Assembly: GCA_963708675.1 (NCBI GenBank)
Contig: CAVPTO010000003.1
Coordinates: 1,540,719-1,604,718 of the forward strand
DNA length: 64,000 nt
DNA from: an uncultured Planctomycetota bacterium
Lineage (GTDB): Bacteria > Planctomycetota > Planctomycetia > Pirellulales > PNKZ01
Direction: 5' to 3'
Shown one piece after another: positions 29,960-40,099 of this stretch. The stretch's first letter is position 1; every line of letters starts with the position of its first letter. Position numbers and translations under genes: made by a program. A model generated the notes under the pieces. That model did no database searches and had not been told where the DNA came from. It saw only the letters and a program-made list of their open reading frames with translations.

Positions 29960-30544
29960 CTAAGATTCGGGGTTGTCGAGCAGTCCCTGCAACCGCTCAG
30001 CTAGCGCCGGCGGGAAGCGCGGTGGCCAGGTGTCGTCGATCAAACCGATCTCGATCATGTCGAGCAGGTGCATTCGATCTTTGGTCCGAAACGAGTTCAG
30101 CTTCATACGCACCAGCGCTTCCAGGGCGGCAATCCGAAAGTGAACGTCGCGCACCGACTCGTCGACATCGGGAGATGGGATTTCGTAGTCCTTGTGCACT
30201 TTCTCGTTCGCAAAGACGAGGTGCACCGAATGACGCGGGTGCGCATCCTGCCCGTCGAGAAATGCCTCAATTCCAAGAATCTGGGCGTGAATAAATCCGG
30301 CTGCGACTAGCGCGGTCTTGGCACGTTCAAAATCCTCGCGCCGGATGAGAATGTCCACATCCTGAGTATTGCGGACCGCTGCTACGTCAACTCGTGCCAC
30401 CCATGCCGCCACGGCATTGCCGCCGACCACGGCATACGGAACCCCCGACTGTTCGAGAGCAGCCGAAGCGCCAACAGGCGCTCGCGGACTTTCTCCACGG
30501 CGCGAACCATCCTTTCCAGGGAGAACGGCTGAAGCGGAATCATC
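29960..30544 (-). pseudogene. nucleotidyltransferase-family protein (DUF2204/AbiEii-like fold) with an apparent frameshift at about 30470-30478
   Basis: From ATG 30544: MIPLQPFSLERMVRAVEKVRERLL..., then another frame reads ASAALEQSGVPYAVVGGNAVAAWVARVD...DVDILIRREDF.... The two frames are separated by a 1-nt shift. Confidence 0.6.
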
Positions 30545-30654
30545 GCTTACAAGTATACCATCCAGCCTCGTTCCGCTCCTGGATTTGACAACTCCGCAAG
30601 CCTGCGCGATAACACCCTCAACGCCTAATAAATCGCCCCTGCAGCAAGTCGACC

Positions 30655-32001
30655 ATGCCCGATATTCAAGCCTTTCGCGGACTTCGCTACGACCTGAAGC
30701 ACGTCGGGTCGCTGAGCGATGTCATCTGTCCGCCGTACGATGTCATTGGTCCCGAGTTCCAAGAGTCGCTGTACAAGCGACATCCCGCGAACATCGTTCG
30801 CCTCGAGCTGAACCGAGACGAACCCGGCGACGACGAATCGAACAGCCGCTACACCCGGGCGGCCCGCTTCCTTCGCAACTGGCGACAGGAAGGTGTTCTC
30901 AAGACCGACGCCGAGCCCACGCTTTACGTCTACCACCAGGTCTTCGAGCACGATGGCGTCACGCACACTCGGCGCGGATTCATGTCGCGTTGCCGGCTCG
31001 AGCGATTCGGCGAAGGCAACATCTACCCGCACGAGGAGACGCTCGCTGGACCGAAGGCCGACCGTTTGCAACTGATGCGGGCCTGCAAGGCGAATCTCAG
31101 CCAAATCTTCGGCCTGTATCCCGACGCTTCGAACCAGGTGCAAGATCAGCTCGAAGCCGCAAAGGACGCCGCGTCGCTCGTCGAGGCGACCGATCATCTT
31201 GGCGTCATTCATCGCATGTGGACCGTTCGCGACAAGGTGGTCATTTCGAAGGTCGCAAGTCTGATGGGGCCAAAGGCGGTGTTCATTGCCGATGGCCACC
31301 ATCGCTACGAGACGGCCTGTAACTACCGCGACGAGTTAGCGGCGAAGGAAAAGCTCGGCGCCGATCATCCCGCCAACTTCGTGCTGATGATGTGCATCGG
31401 CATGACCGACCCCGGCCTGCTCGTGCTGCCCACGCATCGCCTGTTCCGAGGCCTTCCCCCTATGACCGCTGGCGAACTCGCGCTGCGGTTGGAGCCCTGC
31501 TTTACTTCCAAGCATGCCGGCGACGGCCCTGCCCTGGCGCCCAACGTTTGGGCGGAGATCGAGGCCGAAGGCGACCAAGGGACGTTGGGCCTGTACACGC
31601 ACAAGGACCAGCACTGGACGATCGCCCGCATTACACCCGAGGGCCGCTCGCGGATGGCGAAGATCGCGACCGATCACGGCCGCGACTGGCAGGGCCTCAG
31701 CGTGGCAATCCTTCACCGCCTGCTCATCGAGACACTGCTCGAGGCGAAGGATCTGCCCAAGCCGCTCTATGTACACTCGGCCGAGGAAGTCGCCACTGCC
31801 CTGGCCCGCGGCGACGTCGGCGGACGCGACGCCACGGGCGTCATGAGCTCCGGTGGGCAGTTCGAGCTCGCCGCCCTCGTGATGCCCGCCACCGTCGACC
31901 ACATCCGCGTTATCAGCGAACGTGCCGAGCGAATGCCCGCCAAGAGCACCTACTTCTACCCGAAGCTACTCAGCGGCTTCGTCATCAATCCGCTCGAATA
32001 A
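30655..32001 (+). CDS. DUF1015 domain-containing protein
   Basis: MPDIQAFRGLRYDLKHVGSLSDVICPPYDVIGPEFQESLYKRHPANIVRLEL...FIADGHHRYETA is the DUF1015 signature. Confidence 0.8.
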   Translation: MPDIQAFRGLRYDLKHVGSLSDVICPPYDVIGPEFQESLYKRHPANIVRLELNRDEPGDDESNSRYTRAARFLRNWRQEGVLKTDAEPTLYVYHQVFEHDGVTHTRRGFMSRCRLERFGEGNIYPHEETLAGPKADRLQLMRACKANLSQIFGLYPDASNQVQDQLEAAKDAASLVEATDHLGVIHRMWTVRDKVVISKVASLMGPKAVFIADGHHRYETACNYRDELAAKEKLGADHPANFVLMMCIGMTDPGLLVLPTHRLFRGLPPMTAGELALRLEPCFTSKHAGDGPALAPNVWAEIEAEGDQGTLGLYTHKDQHWTIARITPEGRSRMAKIATDHGRDWQGLSVAILHRLLIETLLEAKDLPKPLYVHSAEEVATALARGDVGGRDATGVMSSGGQFELAALVMPATVDHIRVISERAERMPAKSTYFYPKLLSGFVINPLE

Positions 32002-32096
32002 CGGTTGAACGCCACCTTCGGTGTTCGCGCCGCCGAACCGCTTGCGGTTTCGCGTGACCATTTCTGCCTCGCCGCCGCACTCTGGATAATCTGGCG

Positions 32097-32112
32097 AGTT
32101 CCACGTGAAACA
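32097..32112. promoter_or_regulatory. parS site 1
   Basis: AGTTCCACGTGAAACA matches the canonical parS tGTTnCACGTGAAACa at 15/16 positions. Confidence 0.8.
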
Positions 32113-32163
32113 GAATTGCATGATGTGGGGTTCGCGCCGAGTAACGCCTTCAGGCAAGATGGG

Positions 32164-32179
32164 TGTTCCACGTGAAACC
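32164..32179. promoter_or_regulatory. parS site 2
   Basis: TGTTCCACGTGAAACC matches at 15/16 positions. It lies 134 nt upstream of parA. Confidence 0.8.
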
Positions 32180-32206
32180 GGGTGAACGTTGATTGGCGAG
32201 GCGACC

Positions 32207-32233
32207 AGCGCGACCACCGGTCGCGGCTTTATG
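32207..32233 (+). repeat. third copy of the REP-like element seen at 23.8-23.9 kb
   Basis: AGCGCGACCACCGGTCGCGGCTTTATG is identical over 27 nt to 23917-23943. Confidence 0.85.
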
Positions 32234-32312
32234 ACATTCCGCAATTGGTCGCCACGTCCCCCGCTGTTACAATCCCGCCCCCGAACGTCACGCCAGGGAG
32301 GGTCGTCTGCCG

Positions 32313-33056
32313 GTGGCTCGTATTCTTTGTGTCGCCAATCAGAAAGGCGGCGTCGGAAAGACAACGACGGCCGTCAACCTCGCCACCGCCTTGGCTAAGA
32401 GCGGTAATCGCACGTTGCTGGTCGATCTCGACCCGCAATGCAATGCGACCAGCGGCCTCGGCCAATCTCCGGCCGCCCGGCATCCGCTCGTTTCACGTGA
32501 ACCGCTCCGCGAAGCGCTGAAGCCCACGGCGATCCCAGGTCTCGAGGTGCTTCCCGGCTGCCGCCGGTTTGCCGATGTCGAAACCCTCGCGACTTCGTCC
32601 GAACCCGAGGCGACGCTCCGCCAACACATGGAAAGCGGCCTGGCCGACTACGACTTCGTGCTCATCGACTGCCCGCCGTCGCTCGGGCAACTGACTCGCA
32701 CGGCCCTGGCGAGTTCGACCGAGGTGCTGATGCCGATCCAGTGCGAGTATTTCGCCATGGAAGGCCTCGCGCAAATGATCGAGGTCATTCGCCAGGTGAT
32801 GAGCGCTCCGCCGGCGCGGCTGAAGTTCGGCGGCATCGTGCTCACGATGTACGACGAGACGTTGGAGCTCACGCACGAAGTCGATCACGAAGTGCGCGAG
32901 TTCTTCGGTGACGTCGTTTTCAACACGGCAATCCCGCGCGATGTCGCCGTGGCCGAGGCTCCGAGCCATGGAATGAGCGTCTTAGATTTTGCTCCCCGTT
33001 CGCGCGGCACTCGCGCGTATGTTGAACTGTGCATGGAGGTCCTCGAACGTGACTAA
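32313..33056 (+). CDS. parA: chromosome partitioning ATPase ParA/Soj
   Basis: ARILCVANQKGGVGKTTTAVNLATALA... (deviant Walker A KGGxxK[ST]), LLVDLDPQCNATSGLG. Confidence 0.95.
   Translation: MARILCVANQKGGVGKTTTAVNLATALAKSGNRTLLVDLDPQCNATSGLGQSPAARHPLVSREPLREALKPTAIPGLEVLPGCRRFADVETLATSSEPEATLRQHMESGLADYDFVLIDCPPSLGQLTRTALASSTEVLMPIQCEYFAMEGLAQMIEVIRQVMSAPPARLKFGGIVLTMYDETLELTHEVDHEVREFFGDVVFNTAIPRDVAVAEAPSHGMSVLDFAPRSRGTRAYVELCMEVLERD
32489..32504. promoter_or_regulatory. degenerate parS-like site inside parA
   Basis: CGTTTCACGTGAACCG matches at 13/16, with the core GTTTCACGTGAAC palindrome retained. Confidence 0.45.
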
Positions 33057-34030
33057 AGAACGACGCCTTGGACGTGGACTCGAAGCACTTCTCGGCCGCT
33101 TGCCCGACGGCTATGCCGACGACACGAACGCGGCGGCGCCCTCTGCGACGGGCGGGCAGACGCCGCAGGCCGCGGGTTCGCCGATGGAAATCAGCGTTTA
33201 CGAGGTCGACGGCAATCCGTTCCAACCACGTCGTGACTTCGAAGAGCCGGAGCTCGCCGCACTGGCCGACAGTCTGAAGCAGCACGGTCTGCTACAGCCC
33301 ATCGCCGTGCGCAAGGTGGGCGATCGCTATCAACTCATCGCCGGCGAGCGACGCCTGCGCGCCGCAATCAAGGCCGGCTGGCAGCGCAGTTCCCGCGCAT
33401 CTCATCGAGGCCGACGATCGCCAGGTCGCCGAGTTGGCGATCATCGAGAACTTGCAGCGGCAAGACCTCAACCCGTTGGAAAAAGCAGCGTCGTTCCAGC
33501 AGTATCTCGAGCGCTACGGCTGCACCCAGGAAGAACTCGCCGGCCGTTTGCAGCTCGATCGCTCGACGGTTTCCAATCTGATCCGACTGCTCGAACTTCC
33601 CGATGCCGTGCAGCAAGCCGTTCGTCGCGGGGCGATCTCGCAAGGTCACGCCCGTGCTCTCCTCTCGCTAGGCGACGAGCGTGAGCAGACGGAGCTTTGC
33701 CAACGAATTCAGACCGAAGGCCTGAGCGTGCGTGCGATCGAGTCGATCGTGCAACATGCCGTCAGCCAAAGTGAGCGTGAAGAGCTTGGCATCGCCTCAG
33801 AGGATGACACCGACTCGACTGAGGCATCATCACGGCCGAAGCGCAAGCCCAGCGCCGAGTTGACGGTACTCGAGCAAGAACTTCGCGGCGCCCTTGGCAC
33901 GAAAGTCGAGATTCGCACTGGGGCGCGAGGTCGTGGCAAGATCATCGTGCATTTCACCAGTCACGACGAGTTCGAACGCCTTCGCAGTCACATGCACGGT
34001 TCGTCGTCGCGATCTCGTAAGGCCGGGTAA
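33049..34030 (+). pseudogene. parB: chromosome partitioning protein ParB/Spo0J with an apparent frameshift at about 33384-33390
   Basis: GTG 33049 overlaps the parA stop. Frame 1: ...KERRLGRGLEALLG...NPFQPRRDFEEPELAALADSLKQHGLLQPIAVRKVGDRYQLIAGERRLRAAIKAGWQ. Frame 2: VPAHLIEADDRQVAELAIIENLQRQDLNPLEKA...HARALL.... Four nt (CGCA) sit between the CAG and GTT codons. Confidence 0.85.
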
Positions 34031-34079
34031 CGATTGCCGGTGACTCGTCGCGCCGATACGATGGGTCCACAAACGCCTT

Positions 34080-34154
34080 CGGGGCGTAGCTCAGCCTGGC
34101 TAGAGCGTCTGGTTTGGGACCAGAAGGTCGCAGGTTCGAATCCTGTCGCCCCGA
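34080..34154 (+). tRNA. tRNA-Pro (anticodon UGG)
   Basis: Acceptor CGGGGCG/CGCCCCG, anticodon arm TCTGG-TTTGGGA-CCAGA, T-arm GCAGG-TTCGAAT-CCTGT. Confidence 0.9.
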
Positions 34155-34184
34155 CTTTTCACCCGGTCGTCGTCGCGCGATTTT

Positions 34185-35204
34185 TCATGCGGTGACTGCC
34201 CGCCAGATTGCGTCGAGATATGCCTGCGTCTTCAGCGACGCATCGATGTAGGCTGTCCGGTGCTGTGCATTTCTCGATGCCGCGAGTTCCGCAAAGTCCT
34301 CGATCATCAAGACTTCCTGCGGTGTCGAAGTGGGCGTCGCTAGGAACTCCCAATCTTTGCGCGTCGCCATTTTCGTGCGAACGGCGTAGCCTACTTCAAC
34401 ACTCGGATCGTTGAACGCGAAGCTGCCGTTCCAGTCGAGAACGAAGTCGTCCATTTCGATGACGCCGGTCGTTCCAAGCAGCTGCAGGTCCATGAGAACC
34501 GTGTCGGCGGTGTATCCAACGTCGTACGTCGAAACCTCACCGCTCTCGAAAGCGATCAGTCCCGACGCGCGAATGATCGCATTGGTCTCAGGATCTCGCT
34601 CTGGCACGGTCATCGCATTGTTGACCCTGCCCGCAGGACGTAGATATTCGACGATGGCGCGCATCGAATACCAGGCCATGTCTCCGAGCGCGGTCATCGG
34701 CTCCTGCTTCGGGTCGAAGCGAATGTTGTTGCGATCGGAAAAGGGAAAGTAGAACGCCGTGTGCAGCGAACGCGGCTGCCCGATCTTTTCGGCGGTAGCC
34801 GCCTGCACGGACTTCGTGCGAGGGTGATGCACAAAATGGGTCGCGTCCATGAACACGACTCCTTTAGCCGCTGCGGCGTTGGTCATTCGCCGTAGGGAGC
34901 TAGAGTCGGCAAACGGCTTGTCGACGAGCACGTGCTTCCCGGCCGCAATCGCCGCGAGCGTGATTTGCTCTTTGGCGACGGTCGGCGTTGCGACGTAGAT
35001 GGCGTCGACATCGGGTCGAGCCAGTAAAGCATCGACGCCTTCGACCGGTGTCACGCCTTCGCGGCCGGCCACGAAACCTCGGGCGTTGTCGATGCGCCGG
35101 CTTGAGACCGCAATCAGCTTGGCGTTTTTCGATTTCGCGATCGCATCGGCAACGACGCCCGCGATCATCCCCGGTCCAACAATGCCGAATCCCAATGGAG
35201 GCAT
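34185..35204 (-). CDS. Gfo/Idh/MocA family oxidoreductase
   Basis: LGFGIVGPGMIAGVVADAIAKSKNAKLIAVSSR... is a Rossmann N-terminus; ...DAIYVATPT...GKHVLVDKP follows. Confidence 0.8.
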   Translation of the reverse strand: MPPLGFGIVGPGMIAGVVADAIAKSKNAKLIAVSSRRIDNARGFVAGREGVTPVEGVDALLARPDVDAIYVATPTVAKEQITLAAIAAGKHVLVDKPFADSSSLRRMTNAAAAKGVVFMDATHFVHHPRTKSVQAATAEKIGQPRSLHTAFYFPFSDRNNIRFDPKQEPMTALGDMAWYSMRAIVEYLRPAGRVNNAMTVPERDPETNAIIRASGLIAFESGEVSTYDVGYTADTVLMDLQLLGTTGVIEMDDFVLDWNGSFAFNDPSVEVGYAVRTKMATRKDWEFLATPTSTPQEVLMIEDFAELAASRNAQHRTAYIDASLKTQAYLDAIWRAVTA

Positions 35205-35307
35205 GTGCTACTTCCTGTGCGTTGAACGATGAATGTAGCGGGCCATTCTACGAATAAATCGTTTCCAGCATCATCCTCTTCGGACGCGGCTGGGACTTGA
35301 CCAGATG

Positions 35308-35321
35308 TCTGTTACAACATA
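35308..35321. promoter_or_regulatory. candidate MarR operator 1 (upstream of marR)
   Basis: TCTGTT-AC-AACATA is an imperfect palindrome ending 10 nt before the marR ATG. It shares ATnTCTGTTACAACAnAC with the site at 35858. Confidence 0.45.
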
Positions 35322-35330
35322 CAGTTAGGC

Positions 35331-35807
35331 ATGGCGCGCAACCGAACGCAAGGGCTGGCAGAGGAGATCGGAAAGAAGTCGGCATTCCTCTGCGCCGAGC
35401 AAGAGGTTTACCTCAATCTGGTGCGAACCGCGGAAAAGCTGTCGAGCGATTTCGCAAAGCTGTTCAAGACCCACGGCCTTTCGGACTCGCAGTACAACGC
35501 TTTGCGAATCCTTCGTGGCGAAGACAAGCCGATGCAGGTCTACCAGGTCGCCGAACGCATGGTGACGCCGCATCCCGACATCCCGCGACTCATCGATCGG
35601 CTTGAGGCGGCTGGCTTTGTACGGCGCGAGAAGTGTGCCGAGGATCGCCGCGTCGTTTGGGTGACGCTCACGCCGCGAGGCGCAGCGGTCCTCAAGAAGC
35701 TGGATCGACCCGTCGTCGAGCTACATCAGTCACAACTCGGCCATCTTGGCCGGCGCGATCTGGCGTCGCTGAACCAACTTCTGTCCCAAGCACGCAGCAG
35801 ATCCTAG
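35331..35807 (+). CDS. MarR family transcriptional regulator
   Basis: ...LSDSQYNALRILRGEDKPMQVYQVAERMVTPHPDIPRLIDRLEAAGFVRREKCAEDRRVVWVTLTPRG is a MarR winged helix. Confidence 0.85.
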   Translation: MARNRTQGLAEEIGKKSAFLCAEQEVYLNLVRTAEKLSSDFAKLFKTHGLSDSQYNALRILRGEDKPMQVYQVAERMVTPHPDIPRLIDRLEAAGFVRREKCAEDRRVVWVTLTPRGAAVLKKLDRPVVELHQSQLGHLGRRDLASLNQLLSQARSRS

Positions 35808-35857
35808 CTTAATTAACTCTCCGCGTCGAACCATTTGAGATGACATACGTACATATA

Positions 35858-35871
35858 TCTGTTACAACAGA
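35858..35871. promoter_or_regulatory. candidate MarR operator 2 (upstream of the pirin gene)
   Basis: TCTGTT-AC-AACAGA has perfect 6-bp inverted arms. It ends 22 nt upstream of the pirin ATG. Confidence 0.45.
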
Positions 35872-35892
35872 CGTTTAAGAAAGGGTGCTGCG

Positions 35893-36591
35893 ATGATTAC
35901 CATCCGAAGAAGCCACGAGCGTGGACATGCCGACCATGGTTGGCTCAATTCGTATCACACGTTTTCGTTCGCTGGATACCACGATCCGCGGCACATGGGA
36001 TTCCGCGCGCTGCGCGTGATCAACGAAGATCGAGTCGCACCGGAGCAAGGTTTTGGCGAACACCCACATCGCGACATGGAGATTATCTCTTACGTGCTTG
36101 AGGGTGCGCTCGAGCACAAGGACAGCATGGGCAATGGTTCGATCCTTCGACCGGGCGAATTTCAACGCATGTCGGCCGGCACGGGGGTGTTGCACAGTGA
36201 GTTCAACCCGTCCAGTAGCGAGCCCGCGCATTTCTACCAGATTTGGCTGCAGCCGAATCGACGTGGAGTGCGCCCGAGCTACGACCAACGCGACTATCCG
36301 CTCGCGGAGAAGCACAATCGTCTGCGACTCGTCGCATCCAACGACGGACACCATGATTCGTTCACGATTCAGCAAAATGCGTCGGTCTACCTCGCAACTC
36401 TCGACAAGGATGTCACCGTTGAACACACGCTGACGGCCAATCGCCACGCGTGGGTGCAGGTGATGCGCGGCGCCGTTCGCATTGGTGAGGTGGAACTTGA
36501 CACCGGTGACGCTGCGGCAATCAGCAATGAAACGGACGTGAAGATCACAGCGTCGAAGGATGCCGAGATCATGCTGTTCGATTTGGAGTGA
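35893..36591 (+). CDS. pirin family protein (cupin; quercetinase-like)
   Basis: RRSHERGHADHGWLNSYHTFSFAGYHDPRHMGFRALRVINEDRVAPEQGFGEHPHRDMEIISYVLEG is the pirin N-terminal motif. Confidence 0.9.
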   Translation: MITIRRSHERGHADHGWLNSYHTFSFAGYHDPRHMGFRALRVINEDRVAPEQGFGEHPHRDMEIISYVLEGALEHKDSMGNGSILRPGEFQRMSAGTGVLHSEFNPSSSEPAHFYQIWLQPNRRGVRPSYDQRDYPLAEKHNRLRLVASNDGHHDSFTIQQNASVYLATLDKDVTVEHTLTANRHAWVQVMRGAVRIGEVELDTGDAAAISNETDVKITASKDAEIMLFDLE

Positions 36592-36609
36592 TCGCCGCTC
36601 ACGACGACC

Positions 36610-38124
36610 TCATTTGCCGCTGCCTCGAGCCTTCACTTGAATGTGAGGCTCGGGCTCGGCGTTGAGTAGCGCTCGAAGTTGCTCGACGACCTTCGGCTGG
36701 TCAGTGGCCTGGTTTCGCGTCTCGTCCGGATCGGCCACATAGTCGTAGAGTTCGAGTTCTGCCGTATCCGCTGGCGCGCCGGACTTTTTCCATTCCACGA
36801 GTCGATATCTCGGCGTTCGCACGGCGCGGCCGAGCAGTCCGTTGCGCGGATAAACATGAATGACCGCCTCGCGATGAGGTGTCGCTGGATCATTCAAGAC
36901 AACGGCAAAGCTGCGGCCATCAACTCCAGCCGGCAGTGATTCGTCGGCCAGTTCACACAACGTCGGATAAATGTCCACCGTTTCGACGAGGGCTTCGGTA
37001 TGTGCGACCGATCGAGGTCGCCGTGGATCGACGACGATCAATGGAATGTGCGTTGCTTGTTCGTAGTTGGTGTGCTTACACCACATGCCATGGTCGCCGA
37101 GGTGCCATCCGTGATCGCCCCAAAGCACGACAATCGTGTTCGCCGCGAGCCCTGTCTCATCCAACGTGTCGAGCACCTTGCCGATTTGCGCATCCATGTA
37201 ACTCACGGCAGCGTGATAACCATGAATAAGCGTTCGTTGCAGTTCGGGCTTTAACGGTCCCGATTCGGGAATGGCGGCATACTGTCGCAACTCGCCGCCA
37301 AACTGCGGAGCGTAGCTCGGTGCTCCATCAGGTGGCGTTTGCCTCGGCGCGGGTTTGAAGGACGACCGGTCATAGAGATCCCAATAGCGCTTCGGTGCAC
37401 AGAACGGAAGGTGCGGCTTTACGAAACCTACCGCGAGCAAGAATGGCTCGTCCGGTTTCGCCGCGGCTGACTTCAAACGTCGCCCGGCCTCCTCGGCGAT
37501 GCGGCCATCGGGATACGCATCGTCGTCGACATCGGCGGCTTCGTAAGCTGCGCCGCGTGGCAACCCCTTCGCCGATTTGTTGGCGAACAGCGCTTCCTCG
37601 CGCGTCAATTCACCTTCGTGACCTTGTGGAAGGGCATAGGCGACGACATCCCCTTTCCATGACGGAACCGTCCACGACGCATCGTCATCGTGATTGCCGT
37701 GTCCGACATGGAACACCTTGCCGATAGATTCGGTGCGGTAGCCATGCCGCATGAATTGCTGCGGTAGGGTTACGACTTCGGGCCGCGCGACGCGAAAGTT
37801 CGTGCCGAGATCGTAGATGCCCAAAGTCTGTGGGCGCAACGCCGTGAGCAACGCATTGCGCGACGGCGCACAAACTGCCTGGTTGCAGTACGCTCGGTCG
37901 AACACGATGCCACGCGACGCGAGACGATCGATGTTCGGCGACTTCACGGTCTTGTCGCCGTAGCATCCCAATAAAGGTTTCAGATCGTCGACGCATATCA
38001 GCAAAACGTTCGGTCGATTCGCCGCTTGCGATTCAGCGTGTAGCGCCATCGCCACCGCGACGAACGCTGCGAGAACCCAACAACAGAATTGACGACTACT
38101 GGTCGCCTTGAATGAGCTGAGCAT
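36610..38124 (-). CDS. sulfatase (iduronate-2-sulfatase-like; formylglycine type)
   Basis: Signal peptide, then NRPNVLLICVDDLKP...CNQAVCAPSRNALLT (the C-x-P-S-R formylglycine motif). Confidence 0.85.
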   Translation of the reverse strand: MLSSFKATSSRQFCCWVLAAFVAVAMALHAESQAANRPNVLLICVDDLKPLLGCYGDKTVKSPNIDRLASRGIVFDRAYCNQAVCAPSRNALLTALRPQTLGIYDLGTNFRVARPEVVTLPQQFMRHGYRTESIGKVFHVGHGNHDDDASWTVPSWKGDVVAYALPQGHEGELTREEALFANKSAKGLPRGAAYEAADVDDDAYPDGRIAEEAGRRLKSAAAKPDEPFLLAVGFVKPHLPFCAPKRYWDLYDRSSFKPAPRQTPPDGAPSYAPQFGGELRQYAAIPESGPLKPELQRTLIHGYHAAVSYMDAQIGKVLDTLDETGLAANTIVVLWGDHGWHLGDHGMWCKHTNYEQATHIPLIVVDPRRPRSVAHTEALVETVDIYPTLCELADESLPAGVDGRSFAVVLNDPATPHREAVIHVYPRNGLLGRAVRTPRYRLVEWKKSGAPADTAELELYDYVADPDETRNQATDQPKVVEQLRALLNAEPEPHIQVKARGSGK

Positions 38125-40030
38125 TGAGCGACTTCAACGTCTCGGGTTCGATTTTGATCACGCGTCGATCGTAGGTCATGAACCCGTTCACCTCGCCTTC
38201 GACGTCGGTTGTCTGCGTGTAAACGGCGGCCGATAGCCCGAGGTTGCGATGCATCGGCACCAGCGCCTCGACCTTCTTGGTCAATGCAGCGACATAGGCT
38301 TCACGATCGTGATACGTCTGATAGCCCCAATTGCGCGTCGCGGGATCCCAGAGACGACCGTCGATCGGCCAACCGACGCCGCCGTACTCGCCGATGACGA
38401 TGGCGCGGTCGGGCTTCGCCATCGGCGCCAGCGGCAGCTCTTGATAGGTGTGAATGTCGTAGACGTCGCCAAGGTTTTCGTCGAGCCAACCCGACGTGGC
38501 ATTCACCCATCGCGATGGATCGATCGACTTGAGCCACGGTGTAAGCGAGGCCGTTTCGTATTGACCCCACCCTTCGTTGTGGAGCACCCACATCACGATG
38601 CTCGGATGGTTGTAGAGCCTCGCCACCATCCGTCGCAGTTCGAGTTCATGTTGCTCGCGACTTCCCGAATGACGAATCGCCTCGCCGCTGGCTTCGCGGC
38701 CGACGCCCGTTCCGCGGCGGAATCCCGACGGCATGTCCTGCCACACGAGCAGGCCGAGGCGATCGCAATGGTAGTAATACCGGTCGGGCTCAACCTTGAT
38801 GTGCTTGCGAAGCATGTTGAAGCCCGCGTTCTTCAGCCACTCAAGCTCCCAAACCATTGCGGCATCGGACGGCGGAGTGAGCAGTCCGTCGGGCCACCAA
38901 CCTTGGTCGAGCGGGCCATGCTGAAACACCGCGCGGCCGTTCAGCAGCAACACCGGTTGCTGTTCCACCGACGACGGGCCAAGCGTGAGCTCGCGCATGG
39001 CGAAGTACGAGGTCACCGAGTCGAGCGGTTGGCCGACGACCTTCGCCTTGGCATACGCGGCACGTTCCACCTCGCCGAAGGCCGGAAGCGGTTTTGCCCC
39101 TTTCGTCGCCGGCTTCCGGGGGTTCTCGACGTTCACGAGTTCGGCCGTCAGATCGTAGAGAAACGGATCGTCGGGTGACCACAGATGCGGCTCGGAAATG
39201 TCGAGCCATCCTTTACGATTGACGCGAACGATGGTCGTCGCCACCGGCTTCCCGTCGTGACGGGCGGTCAATCGAACGGCAAGGCGATCGTCGGGCGTCG
39301 ACTCGTTGACGAACGCTTCGACAAGAAGTCGCTTACGCGGCACGTCGGGAGTCAGTCGCAACTCGGCAAGGTGCATCGCCTTCGGCACTGGTTCGAGCCA
39401 CACCGTTTGCCAGATGCCCGAGACGGGCGTGTACCAAATGCCTTGCGGCTTCAGTTGCTGCTTGCCGCGAGGCTGTTCCCCCATGTCGGTCGGATCGACC
39501 ACTGACACGATGAGTGTGTTCTCGCCGTCGCGAAGATACGCCGTCACGTCGAACGTGAACGCGTCATTGCCACCTTGATGCGAACCGACGAGCGCATTGT
39601 TCACGAACACCGTGCATTCATAGTCGACGCCGCCGAAATGCAGCAGCACCCTTTGATCGTTCCACTCCTTCGGAATGCTGAACGTGCGGCGATACCAAAG
39701 GCGATCGTCGGGCGTGAACGTCTTACCCACGCCCGACAACGCCGATTCAACCGCGAATGGCACGAGTATCTTGTCGTCGAACTTCGTCGGCGCGGCACTC
39801 GTCTTCGGAAGGATGGCGTAGTCCCACAGGCCGTTGAGATTCTGCCAGCCCTGTCGCACGAATTGCGGCCGCGGATACTCCGTCCATGCGTTCTCCGGTC
39901 GCACGGCCTCGCCCCACTCGGTCATTAACCGCGGGTTCGCGGGATGCCACGTCTCGTCGGCTCGAACAAAGGTAGAGACGCAAAGCAGAACCGAAACGAC
40001 GACGGCAAATAACGAACGTTCACGGGCCAT
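38096..40030 (-). CDS. glycoside hydrolase family 2 protein
   Basis: Signal peptide. Sugar-binding domain motifs (WYRRTF...HFGGVDYECTVFVNNALVG), ...MLRKHIKVEP...MWVLHNEGWG (TIM barrel with NE catalytic acid). Confidence 0.75.
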   Translation of the reverse strand: MARERSLFAVVVSVLLCVSTFVRADETWHPANPRLMTEWGEAVRPENAWTEYPRPQFVRQGWQNLNGLWDYAILPKTSAAPTKFDDKILVPFAVESALSGVGKTFTPDDRLWYRRTFSIPKEWNDQRVLLHFGGVDYECTVFVNNALVGSHQGGNDAFTFDVTAYLRDGENTLIVSVVDPTDMGEQPRGKQQLKPQGIWYTPVSGIWQTVWLEPVPKAMHLAELRLTPDVPRKRLLVEAFVNESTPDDRLAVRLTARHDGKPVATTIVRVNRKGWLDISEPHLWSPDDPFLYDLTAELVNVENPRKPATKGAKPLPAFGEVERAAYAKAKVVGQPLDSVTSYFAMRELTLGPSSVEQQPVLLLNGRAVFQHGPLDQGWWPDGLLTPPSDAAMVWELEWLKNAGFNMLRKHIKVEPDRYYYHCDRLGLLVWQDMPSGFRRGTGVGREASGEAIRHSGSREQHELELRRMVARLYNHPSIVMWVLHNEGWGQYETASLTPWLKSIDPSRWVNATSGWLDENLGDVYDIHTYQELPLAPMAKPDRAIVIGEYGGVGWPIDGRLWDPATRNWGYQTYHDREAYVAALTKKVEALVPMHRNLGLSAAVYTQTTDVEGEVNGFMTYDRRVIKIEPETLKSLNAQLIQGDQ

Positions 40031-40099
40031 GGGCGAGCTCTCGCGGCGTGAGTGATGCTGACGCCGAGTGTAATCGAGCCACGACCGCGGCGACAGCGT

